Source: Malacoraja senta (Eukaryota). From it: DNA of 64,000 nt. Below the pieces are notes generated by a model, which worked only from the letters and a program-made list of their open reading frames with translations, searched no databases and had not been told where the DNA came from. A program made the position numbers and the translations under genes. Below, in pieces: positions 40,528 to 51,572 of the stretch (position 1 is the stretch's first letter; each line of letters opens with the position of its first letter). Location: positions 1 to 64,000 of the forward strand of contig JAXLNO010000297.1 in assembly GCA_038087875.1 (NCBI GenBank), in the 5' to 3' direction.

Positions 40528-40937
40528 AAGGGCCTGTCCCACGAGCATGCGACCTACATGCGGCAAGCGCGACCAAACCGGAAGCGGGGGCCGCGCGGTG
40601 GTCGAGTGAGTGACGTGAACTCCGAGCGAAGTCCGCGGGAAGTTCGCGCGTGACATACGGCGTCAAGACGCTGCGCACGCCCATCGAGGCGGTGCGCACG
40701 GCGTCGAGGCGGTGCTCACGGCATCGAGGCGGCTGCGGGCCTGCAGGCCATTGCCGCGCGGAATTTTTGAACACGGTCAGTTTTTCGGAGCCCCGCGCGA
40801 TGTCGGGACCAGCTCCGCACAACTCCATACGGCTCCGGCGATCGAAGTGGGACCGGCCCCGCGAGGCCGTACGGCTCAAGCGACCACGTTAGGTCGCACT
40901 TGCCACATGGAGTCGCATGCTGGTGGGACAGGCCCTT
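40528..40937. mobile_element. GC-rich MITE, PIF/Harbinger-like
   Basis: TIR aagggcctgtcccacgagcatgcgac / gtcgcatgctggtgggacaggccctt in T/A-rich flanks. Confidence 0.8.
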
Positions 40938-41978
40938 TAGTTTATTGTCACGGGTCCCGAGGTACTGTGAAAAGCTTTAGTTGCATGCTAACCAGTCAGT
41001 GGGTAGACAATACATGATTACAATCGAGCCATTTACAGTGTATAGATACATGATAAGGGAATAACAAAGATAGTCCGAGGGTCACCAATGAGGAAGATGG
41101 CAGTTCAGGACTGCTCTCTAGTTGTGGTAGGATGATTCAGACCCGCAGTGTATGGCTATCTTTTACAATCATCACAGAATCCAACAGAAATATTAGATTT
41201 ACATTGGCCATCGAGCAGTGTAAGTGGGAAGACAAGATGATGTGCTGAATGAATGCCCTTTGACTGATAATAAACTCCTTCACAAACTGGGGGGGACTTG
41301 AAGCAACAGCTGCAATAAAATGTGATTCATGCAGAATTGGTGTAAGATAACATAGTACATAACAAAGGAGATGGACACAAAATACTGGAGTAACTCAGCG
41401 AGTCACGCAGCATCTCTGGAAAAAAGGAATAGGTGACATTTCGGGTTGGGACCCTTTATCAGACTGAGAGTCAGGGGAGAGGGAACTAGGGGATGAAGGG
41501 GTACAAAGAACAAATGAGTGAAAGGTATGAAAAAACAAATCAAAGCCAGCAGCGATGATAAAGGAAAGGTGGAGCCCACAATGGTCCATTGTTGGCCGTG
41601 GTGAAGATGATAACAAGTAGATGCAAACAGTGAAACTAAGCAAGACGACAGTGAAATTAATAGAACGATTAATCTAGAAATTAATAAACTAGAGGAAACT
41701 TCTAGTTTCCCTCTCCCTTGACTCTTAGTCTGAAGACGGGTGTCAACCCGAAACGTCACCTCCAGTGGTGGTAGATGGGGCAGGTACTATAGCATTTAAA
41801 AGACATTTGGAAAGGTACATGGATAGGGAAGGTTCTGAGGGACAAGCGCCGAACGCGGGCAGGTGGGACTGGTGTACATGGGCCATCTCGATGAGCGTGG
41901 GCAAGTTGGGCCAAAGGGCCTATTTCTGTGGAGGATGACTCTACCACTCTAGACATTCCCAGCGAGTCGTGTATGTGC

Positions 41979-42032
41979 GGGGTGGAAGATTGCAACCTTC
42001 ACGTGGTCCGCCCTGTTTCGACGAATGCAATC
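41979..42032 (+). ncRNA. Minimal HDV-like self-cleaving ribozyme
   Basis: P1 ggggtgg/ccgccct with G1-U wobble; P2 gattgca/tgcaatc; P3 acc/ggt; L3 ttcacgt; single P1.1 C-G; J4/2 cgaa. Confidence 0.85.
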
Positions 42033-42118
42033 AACCTGGCGTGCACAATCAAATAAGATCAAATAGAACAAGTTGTCCTACAACTTTAGGCTGTGCACGC
42101 CATACGCAAGAAGAAGAA
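41979..42118 (+). mobile_element. 140-bp non-autonomous retroposon (Ingi/Vingi-like) with a 5' ribozyme
   Basis: TSD gtgtatgtgc (41969-41978, 42119-42128); 3' hairpin; ccatacgc(aag)n tail. Confidence 0.8.
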
Positions 42119-42344
42119 GTGTATGTGCGGGTAGGCATGAGCAAATATAGGTGTTGGGAGAGGGGCAGAGCGAGAGGGTGAGAGGGGGTGAGAGGGAGGG
42201 GGAGAGACGGAGGGTGGGGGAGAGAGAGAGGGTGGGGGAGAGAGAGTGGGGAGAGAGAGAGACACACACACAGAGACAAAGATGAACAGTGCAACAGTGG
42301 AAAAAATGAACAGAGGGACAGAAAAAAGAGAGACAGACAGACAG

Positions 42345-42652
42345 AGGCAGCACTAGAGCTGCTGCCTCACAGCAACGGAGAATCAGGTTCGATTCTGACT
42401 ACAGGTGCTGTCTATGCGGAGATTGTACGTCCTCCCTGTGACCACGTGGGTTTTTTCAAAGTGGTTTCCTTCTACATTCTAAACTCGTGCAAGTTTGTGG
42501 GTTAATTTGCTTTTGTAAATTGCCCCGAGTGTGTGGAGAGTGGATGAGAAAGTGGGATAACATAGAACTAGTGTGAATGGATGATTGATGGTCGGTGTGG
42601 ACTCGGTGGGCCGAGAGGCCTGTTTCCATGCTGTAACTCTAAACAAAACTAA
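42345..42652 (+). mobile_element. HE1-type SINE
   Basis: B box gttcgattc; conserved body and tail. Confidence 0.75.
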
Positions 42653-42744
42653 CTACCCAGCTCAACTTATATAATTAAATTTAAAAGGATAAAAACATCT
42701 TTAAATAAGAACGTAGGGAATAGGAGCAGGGGTATTCCATGTTC

Positions 42745-42986
42745 CATGTTATCCCACTTTGTCATCCACTCCCTACACATTCGGGACGATTTACAGAGGG
42801 CCAATTAACCAAGAAACCCGCACGTGTTTTGGATATTGGAGGAAACTGAAGCACACAGAAGAAACACAGCTGGTCACAGAGAGGACGTGCAAACTCCACA
42901 CACGGAGCACACCGGAGGTCAGGATCGAACCGGGATCCCTGGCGTTGTGAGGCAGCGGCTCTACCAGCTGCGCCCCTGTGCTGCCC
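42745..42986 (-). mobile_element. HE1-type SINE abutting the donor of coding exon 1
   Basis: Minus-strand head gggcagcacaggggcgcagctggtagag; B box gttcgatcc. Confidence 0.75.
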
Positions 42987-43004
42987 CTGCAAGTATTTCC
43001 TCAC

Positions 43005-43261
43005 CTCTGGATTGGCCGTTTGCCGAATCCTTTGGTCTTGAATAACTTGCCGCCGTGAATGCACGCGTAGTCGATCTCGGCAAACTTCAGCGCATTGTTC
43101 ATCGGGCGTTTGGGTGCCCGTCGCCGCTGCACCTCGATGGGCCGCGAGTGCCTGGTCCACATCTGCACGGAGTTGTCCCTCTGGTAGCACCGGTACTCCC
43201 GGTGCAGCTCACTGTAGCTCGAGAACTCGGCACCCACTCGGAAACCCGTCACCTGGGTCAT
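43005..43261 (-). CDS. ZSWIM3-like gene, coding exon 1 (N-terminal domain)
   Basis: gccATG Kozak context; FRVGAEFSSYSEL...YACIHGG; donor AG/gtgagg; upstream acceptor at 43307. Confidence 0.88.
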
Positions 43262-44461
43262 GGCTACACGTGCATCAGATGGAGTTGGCCGACTGGAGAG
43301 CGGTCACTGAGAATAGACCACATGCAGAAGATGCAGGTCAGACAAGGTAGAACGGATCAGAACAGCTCATATCTAGAGTTCAAGAATGGCACCGTGGCGC
43401 AACTGTAGAGTCACTGCCTCACAGTGCCAGAGACCCGGGATCGATTCTTTGCTCGGATGCTGTCTTTAAAATTTACTTTAGATTTCAGAGATGCAGCACG
43501 GAAACAGGCCCTTTAGCCCACCGAGTCCACCCCAACCAGCAATCACCCCTTATACCAGCACTATCCTACATGCTAGGACAATTTACAAATTTAGAGAAGC
43601 TAATTAACCTGCACGTCTTTGGAGTGTGGGAGGAAACCGAAGATTTCGGAGAAAGCTCATGGAGAGAATGTACAAACTCTGTACAGACAACACCCGTAGT
43701 CGGGATCGAAACCGGGTCACTATCGCTGCAAGCGTTTTAAGGCAGCAACTCTACCACTGCGCCACTGGAATCTCTACGTCCCATCCACTATCTCATCCCG
43801 TCCAGATCTTATCCTTCTGAATGCTGGTAATAGCATCCGTTAGTTTTTCTTCCATTAACCGTTACCTCTCTGCACCGCTCAAGTCATTGAGTCATACAGC
43901 ATGGAAATTGGCCCCCTCAGCCCAACTCGCCCATGGGACCAACATGTCCATGCCTAATCCCTGGGATATGGAGCAGAGGGGATTATACACCTGTGATGGG
44001 GGAGTCCAGGGATTGGGGACTTGGGGAAGGGGGGGTGGGATGGACAATTCCAGATTTGGGACTGGGAGCAATTGCGAGGATCGGGGGCAGAAAGATATTT
44101 CCTGTTGATAGTCAACCATGAGTCAGCAGAGTGTAATTCAACGGGAATAAAAGACTCAAAGTGCTGGAGTAACTCAGCGGGTCAGGCAGCATCTCTGGAG
44201 AAGCTGCTTTCTTCCCATATGTCTCAATTCCATTAGTGCTAAGAACTATATTTAACTCTCTTGAACACATCCAGTGAATTGGCCTCCACTTCCTTCTGTG
44301 GCAGAGAATTCCAGATTTACAACTCTCTGGATGAAAAGGTTTTTCCTCATCTCAGTCCTATATGGCCATAGCATTCTTAAACTGTGACCCCTGTTTCTGG
44401 ACTTCCCCAACATTGGGAACATTTTTCCTGCAGCTATCTTATCCTTCTCAATGCCAGTGAA

Positions 44462-45527
44462 TATAATAATAATAATAATAATCTTTATTGTCATTGTACA
44501 AGACAACGAAATTTTGTTGGTTCAGTCCTCCAGTTGCACAGGAATATGATTATAAAAATACGTTTAAAAATAGAAGTATAAAAAATTACACTATAAACAT
44601 ATGGGAGTATGGGCGGGTGTATGAGAGAGAGGGGGGAATTAGTGTGGGAGGGGATAGAGTTCAGTAGTATCACAGCTCTATGATAGAAGCTGTTTTTTAG
44701 TCTTGTCGTGCAGGCTCTGTGTCCTGTATCGTCTTCCTGAGAGCAGTCGGGTGAAGAGGCAGTGTCCAGGGTGTGTCCTGTCTCTAATGATGCCCTTGAC
44801 CCTCCGGATGCAGCGGGTCCGGTAGATGTCCTCCAGTCTGGGGAGCTGGGTGCCAGTGATCCTCTCAGCAGCTTAATGACGCGTTGGAGAGCTTTCCTAT
44901 TCCACTGCGGTGCAGCCAGAGTACCATACTGTGATGCAGTATGTGAGAACTGACTTGATGGCTGACCTGTAGAAACTCACCAGCAGCTGTTGTGTGAGAC
45001 GTGCCCTCTTCAAGCACCTCAGGAAGTGAAGCGTTTGAATTCCTTTCTTGGCCGTCTCCGTGATGTTGACGGTCCAGGTCAGGTCGTGGCTGATGTTGAC
45101 CCCGAGGTACCTGATGTTCTGCACAGCCTCCACTGTCTCGCCGTTAATGGTGATGGGCTGATGGACGAAGGTCTTCGGTCTCCTGCAGTCCACCGGACCC
45201 GCTGCATCCGGAGGGTCAAGGGCATCATTAGAGACAGCACACACCCTGGACACTGCCTCTTCACCCGACTGCCCTCAGGAAGACGATACAGGACACTGAG
45301 AGCCCGCACGACGACCAAAAAACAGCTTCTATCATAGAGCTGTGATACTACTGAACTCTATCCCCCTCCACATATAATGAATAATGTCATTATAGTTTTT
45401 TTTTTTATAGTTCTTTTTTTAAACATATTTTTATAATCATATTCCTGTGCAACTGGAGGACTGAACCAACAAAATTTCATTGTCTTGTACAATGACAATA
45501 AAGATTATTATTATATATTATTATTAT
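44462..45527. mobile_element. Rex1/Babar LINE fold-back (minus 3' fragment plus inverted copy of its 3' end) inserted in a CR1
   Basis: RYLGVNISHDLTW peptide; 44462-44830 and 45190-45527 are inverted copies with (TAA)n tails. Confidence 0.85.
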
Positions 45528-46329
45528 CAATATGTCAGTCCCACCATCCCTGGAATTAACCTGGTGAACCTACGTTGCACCCTCTCAAAAGCAAGATGTC
45601 CTTCCTCAAATTAGGTGACCAAAACTGCACACAATACTCCAGGTGTGGTCTCACCAGGTCCCTGTACAACAACAGTAGGACCTCTTTGCTCCTATACTCA
45701 AATCCTTCAGTTATGATGGCCAACATGCCATTTGCTTTCTTCACCGCCTGCTGTACCTGCATGCTTACTTTCTATGACTGATGTACAAGGACACCCAGGT
45801 CTCGTTGCACCTCCCGTTTTCCTAATCTGACATCATTCAGATAATAAATCTACCTTCTTGTTCTTGCCCCCAAAGAGGATAATGTCACATTTATCCACAT
45901 TATACTGCACCTGCCATTCATCTGCCCACTCACCCAACCTATACAAGTCACCCTGCAGCCTCATAGCATCCTCCTCGCACCTCACACTGCCACCAGCTTT
46001 GTGTCTTCCACAAACTTGGAGATGTTACATTCAATACATAGGTACATAGGTGATGGTTTCGGGTCGGGATCCTTCCTCACAATGTTTGTAGTGAAGGAGG
46101 GAAGAATTCTGGAAGGGAGGAAGAACAGGGCAAAGAGTAGAAGGTAAGTGGTGAACACAGGCAAGGGCGGTTTTTGATAGGCAGATGGTTAGATAGAGGC
46201 CAGGGAAGGAAATAAGAAGGCATGAGACGAAAGGTTTGAAGAGTTCTACTATGGTGTTGGGGTTGAGAGATGGAGGACAATTTGGAGACGGCAATTCTCA
46301 GTTTGCGAGAACAGTGGCTCAGGATTTAG

Positions 46330-47620
46330 ACGGGACAGCAATCCCAGAAATTGGAAAGATTGCCATGCACTGGTGACCTAGCCGGGTTTGTGGGCAGATT
46401 GCAATTCCCCAGGTTCAAGGGTTAGATGTCAATCCCTGGGGTTGTGGGAATTCCCTGGATCAGAGATGAGATCCGATCATTAGGCTTGGGGGAGACAAGT
46501 TGCAATCCGAGGGATTGGGGACTGCGGGGGAGATCCAAGGCACCGATTCCTGGGTTTCCGGAATGACAATTCCTGAGATTTAGGGTTAGATTGGGGAGAT
46601 CTGGGATCAGAGATGGGGCATGTTCCAACTCCTGGGATCAGTGATGAGGTGGGATCCAATTCCTGGAATTAGAGATGGGCTATGGTCTAATCCCTGGCAT
46701 CACCAATGGGGCAAACTCCAATCCCTGGGATCAGAGACAGGGTGGAGTCCATTCCCAGAGATTTGGATAAAACAGGCTCCAATCCCAGGGATCAGAGGAC
46801 GGGTGGGGTCCAATCACTGGGATCAGAGACTGTGCAGTCTAATCCTTCGGTAGGGGGTAATTCCCTGGGTTGGGTTAGGGGTATCTTGCAATGCATTGGG
46901 ATAGGGGACAATCGCTAATTTAGAAAGGATGGATATTTCTGGCGTTTGAATAATAATTGCCCGTGTGCAGGTGGGGATAATTCAATTCCCTGGGTTGGGG
47001 GTAGGGGCATCGTGCAATGCTCAGCATTGTGAGGGACATCTGCAGGATGGTACATCGAAATAAATCCCTGATTTTGGTGGATGAGAATTCCTGGGATTGG
47101 GATAATAATTGCCCTTGTGCAGGTAGGGTGGTAATTCTCCATATTTGCAATGGGAGCATCTTGCAAGGCCCCGCATTCGGAGAGAAATCCCTGGGATGGG
47201 ATTTAGATCGGATGGAAATTCCTGGCATTGGAATGATAACCACACATGTGGGGTTGATGGGATAATTCCTCAGGTTTGGGGTAGGGGGACATCTTGCAAT
47301 GTTCACATTGGGATAGGGGGTCGGGATCAATGCCTGATTTAGACAGGAACAAATTCATGGGATTGGGATTAAAATACCAGTGTATGTGCGGGGGATAAGT
47401 CCCTGGGTTTGGGTAGGGGGGTGTTCCAATGCTCAGTATTGGGATGGAAATCTGCGGGACAGTAGATCGGGATCAATCCCTGAATTAGGTTGATGCAAAT
47501 TCCTGGGATTGGGATAAAATTGCCCGTGTGTGGGCGGGGTTAATGAACAGGGACGGGGGGCGGTTGCAGTCCGGTGCTTGCGGTGCAGGATTGGGATGAT
47601 CCCGGATTCCTGGGCACAGG
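46330..47620. repeat. Degenerate tandem repeat region built on aat(t)cctgggat motifs
   Basis: Motif recurs throughout; roughly 130-140 bp period in 46860-47530. Confidence 0.6.
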
Positions 47621-48030
47621 GATGGGTTTCCCCGCGTGTTTGGCAGCGTCTGACGCGCAGCCGCGGTGCCGGCGCACGGGCGCCGCTCTCACAGCACCAG
47701 CGACACCTACCGTTCAACTGTGAGCGGCCCCACTCTCTCTCTCTCTCTCTCTCCGTCTCCGCCCCCAGCGCCCGCCATCCGGGTCCGGGCCGCCGGCTCC
47801 CCGCCCGCTCGCGCTCAGGACCAACTGCACATGCGCACTGCCACGGCCGGACACCCTGCACATGCGCACTGACACGGCCTGCACATCCTGGGCTGCCGTG
47901 CACATGCGCACTACCACGGCAACCAGTCGGCGCCGGGCACTTTCTCCCTCGCTTTGCATTGTGGGAGATCTGGCCGCCATTGCTCTCCGGCCCTCGCCGC
48001 GACCGCTGAAACCCGACGCCGAATCACTCC
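47540..48030 (-). promoter_or_regulatory. CpG-island promoter and probable non-coding first exon of the ZSWIM3-like gene
   Basis: CpG-rich; minus-strand donor ACG/gtaggt at 47710; three NRF1-like tgcacatgcgca motifs (47826, 47857, 47899). Confidence 0.7.
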
Positions 48031-48637
48031 ATGGAACAGGCAGCATCTCTGGATAGGAATTGGTTGACGTTTCGGGTCAAGACGTTTTAGACTCCCTCTC
48101 GTTTTAGTGTTTTTAGTTTAATTTAAAAATACAGCGCGGAAACAGGACCTTCGGCCACACCGACCACCGATCACCCGTACACTAGTTCTATCCTACACAC
48201 TAGGGACGTAAATCGAGAGTCAAGAGTGTTTTATTCTCTGATGTCCCAGTTAAAACAATGAAATCCGTACTTGCATAAGCACAACAGAATATGTAAACAT
48301 AGTACTCTGTAAACAATGTTATGAACGAGAAAACAAATCAACATATATTTATATATAACTATATAAATATATATATGCATATATTTGTGTGTGTGTGTGT
48401 GTATGTATATATAATATATATATATATATACCCACCCACACACAGAATTTCCCTCCTGGGATTTATAAAATTATATCGTATAGTATCGTGTGTGTGTAGG
48501 AAGGAACTGCAGATGCTGGTTTACACTGAAGATAGACACAAAAAGCTGGAGTAACTCAACATGTCAAACATAATCTCTGGACAAAAGGAAATATTACATT
48601 TGGGTTGGGTCTGATAAAGGGTCCTGCACACCTTTGG

Positions 48638-50218
48638 AAGGTGTGCAGGACCCTTTATTTGCTCAACATCAATACCACAAAAGCAATTGGACCAGATCAG
48701 ATACAGAATCAAGCCCTCAAGATCGCAGCCGAAGAACTGGCTCCAGTTTTGCAGTTCATTTTCCAACAATCGCTTGACTCAGGTGATGTTCCGCTGGATT
48801 GGAGGAAGGCTAACATCACTCCTCTCTTTAAGAAAGGTTCAACCACCAACCCAGCGAATTATCGTCCTGTTTCATTAACAAGTACTTGCTGCAAATTACT
48901 GGAGCATGTAATTGATAGTAATCTGATGCGACACGTGAGCAAACATAATATTCTTGCTGACAACCAACATGCATTTAGGAGGCATAGATCATGTGAGTCT
49001 CAGCTTATCCTGACGACAAATGACCTGGCCAAACATCTTGATGGTAATGTCATCACGGATTTAGTAGTGCTGGACTTTTCTAAAGCATTTGATGTCATCC
49101 CACACCAGAGACTGCTTCGGAAGCTTGACTTCTATGGTATTCGTTCCAACACGAAACGATGGATTTCCAGTTTCCTGACAAAACGTCTTCAGCGTGTGTG
49201 TGTGAACGGAAAGAGCTCCAATTGGCATCCAGTGTTGAGTGGTACACCTCAGGGCACAGTACTTGGCCCACATCTGTTTTTGCTTTACATAAACGACATC
49301 CATGAAAAAGTCGCAAGCACGACCAGACTATTCGCTGATGATTGTTTGCTGTACCGTCCAATTAAGTCAGCTGATGATGAAGATGCTCTCCAAAAGGACC
49401 TCGATACAATGGTTGAGTGGTCACACTAATGGGGCATGCAGTTCAACCCTTCCAAATGTGAAACCATGCGTGTCACCAGAAAGAGGAATCCAGGCAAAAC
49501 ATCGTACAATATACTTGGTACCACCCTTGAAGAATCCAAACAAACCAAGTATCTTGGCATCAAATTGCAGAATGATCTGCGTTGGAATGGTCAGACTTAT
49601 CATGCAACGGTGAAAGCAACAGGTGTCCTAAATTTTCTGAGGCGCAACTTTCATCATTGTTCAACTTCTGTCAAGGAGAAGCTATACTTCACCCTCGTTA
49701 GACCTCATTTGGACTACGCAGTTGCAGCATGGGACCCATACACAAATAAAAACATTTCTTCCATCGAACGTGTCCAAAGACAGGCAGCTCGATTTGTTAC
49801 TAACACCTATGAGAGAGAAGCGAGTGTTACCAAACTTCTGAATTCTCTGGGGTGGAACCCTCTCCAAGACAGACGTGAAGCTCACCGTTTGACCTGTTTT
49901 TACAAAATGTTAAATGGTCAGCTCAACATAGATTACAAGACCTACACCAAACCCAAACCAATTAGGAGCAGACGAGGACATTCGATCCAATTTGAGATTC
50001 CAGCTACCAAGACAGATGTGTACAGCAATTCATTCTTCCCCCGCACAATTAAAGCATGGAATAATCTTCACCCTACCATAGTTACCCAACCAGATGCAAC
50101 TAAATTTAAGGTAGCTCTTTCTTCCCAAAAACCCTTTCTGGCTTAAGTCCTCCCTCCACCACCTCCAGTTTAAATTCCATTTGGAATATTTTGGAGGACC
50201 AAGAAACCAAGAACCAAG
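48638..50218 (+). mobile_element. 5'-truncated CR1-clade LINE of a second, divergent family
   Basis: NYRPVSLTS, DFSKAFD, GTPQGTVLGP, LFADD and AWDPY..IERVQRQAARFV motifs; one stop at 49427; (ccaagaa)n tail. Confidence 0.9.
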
Positions 50219-51021
50219 GTGTAAGGAAACAAGTTCAATATCAAAGGGAAAAGGAGCAAACTCCATACAGACAGCACCCATATTCAGGATCGATTCCGGG
50301 TCTCTGGCACTTTTATGCAGCAACTTTACGGCCAATGTACTGCCCCATAGTCTTGAAGTGAATTAAAACATAGCTGTTAAGGGGGACGTAGTGTGACTTA
50401 GAGATTTAAGACTGAAAATAGATAATTCATTTTTTTTAGTAACCAAAGTTATCGACGTTTAATTTTTTGCGTGTTGGAAATCAAAATATAGTGGCACAGC
50501 CAGAGAACTGTGTTCGATCCTGTCCTCGGGCACTGTCTGTGTTGAATTTGCACATTCTCCCTGCAAGCGTGTGTGTTTTCTCCCACATCCTAAAGACGCA
50601 TTGGCTTTGTAGGTTAATTTGTCTCTGTAAAATTGCCCCGTATGTGTAGGGAGTGGGTGAGGAAAGTGGGATAACATAGAACTAGTGTGAATGGGTGATC
50701 GATGGTCAGCGTAAACTTGGTGGGCCGAAAGGCCTATTTCCATGTTAAATATCTAGTGGAATTATGCAAGAGACCAAAGTATGAAGATGTACTGGAAACC
50801 TAGAGGGCTGAAAGATTGGAGGAAGTGGCGTGAATGGCAAAATTCATGTTTCTTTTTAATCTACTCTGACGACCACAGGTTAGGTGCATAAATCGCAGTT
50901 TTGCTGGTTTTACATTTCATTCTGGCAGTGAATGCCACATACAAAATGAAAGAAAAAACCTCCATAATTCCCCATCACCCAGTTCATTTCCCCTCCTCCA
51001 TCCACACATCTCCCACCCTTC

Positions 51022-51536
51022 TGTCAGGCGCAAGTTGTGAAAGAACACTCACGATGCGTAGAGAATGTAGAGAAACAAGTTTATTTATTAGCAAGTCTGC
51101 AGAGTTGGGTGTCTCCCCTATCAAGACACACCGAGAGATGGAATTCATCTCTCTCTTATTCACATCATTTTACATTTGTTACATTTATTCCTCCCCTTCG
51201 GGCTCTTGTCAAATCAGAGCACTGAGGTGCACATTCTACAGGTACCGCCCCTGGTGCCTCCCAGATCATACATCGCATGTACATTTAAATGAGACATCTT
51301 GTCATGATGGGTGTGTTTGCAATATTCATTTATCTCATTACGCAAGCGCACAGAGTGTTTCTCATGACCCTTACCCTAATTCCAGAATGGACGGTCTCCT
51401 TATCTTCTCTGTTCTCATCCTTGAAAAGTCACCATTTGTACTTGTCCTTTACTCCCCCTATCCTCCCTACTATACTCCCTACTATACAAAGGGTTCTTGT
51501 CTGAATCAACTTATACCTATTAACCCCTTTCTCACA
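51022..51536 (-). repeat. ERV 3' LTR
   Basis: Direct repeat of 56686-57200. Confidence 0.95.
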
Positions 51537-51572
51537 ATCCACACTTTTACTTTTGCTACTGCAATCTTTGAT

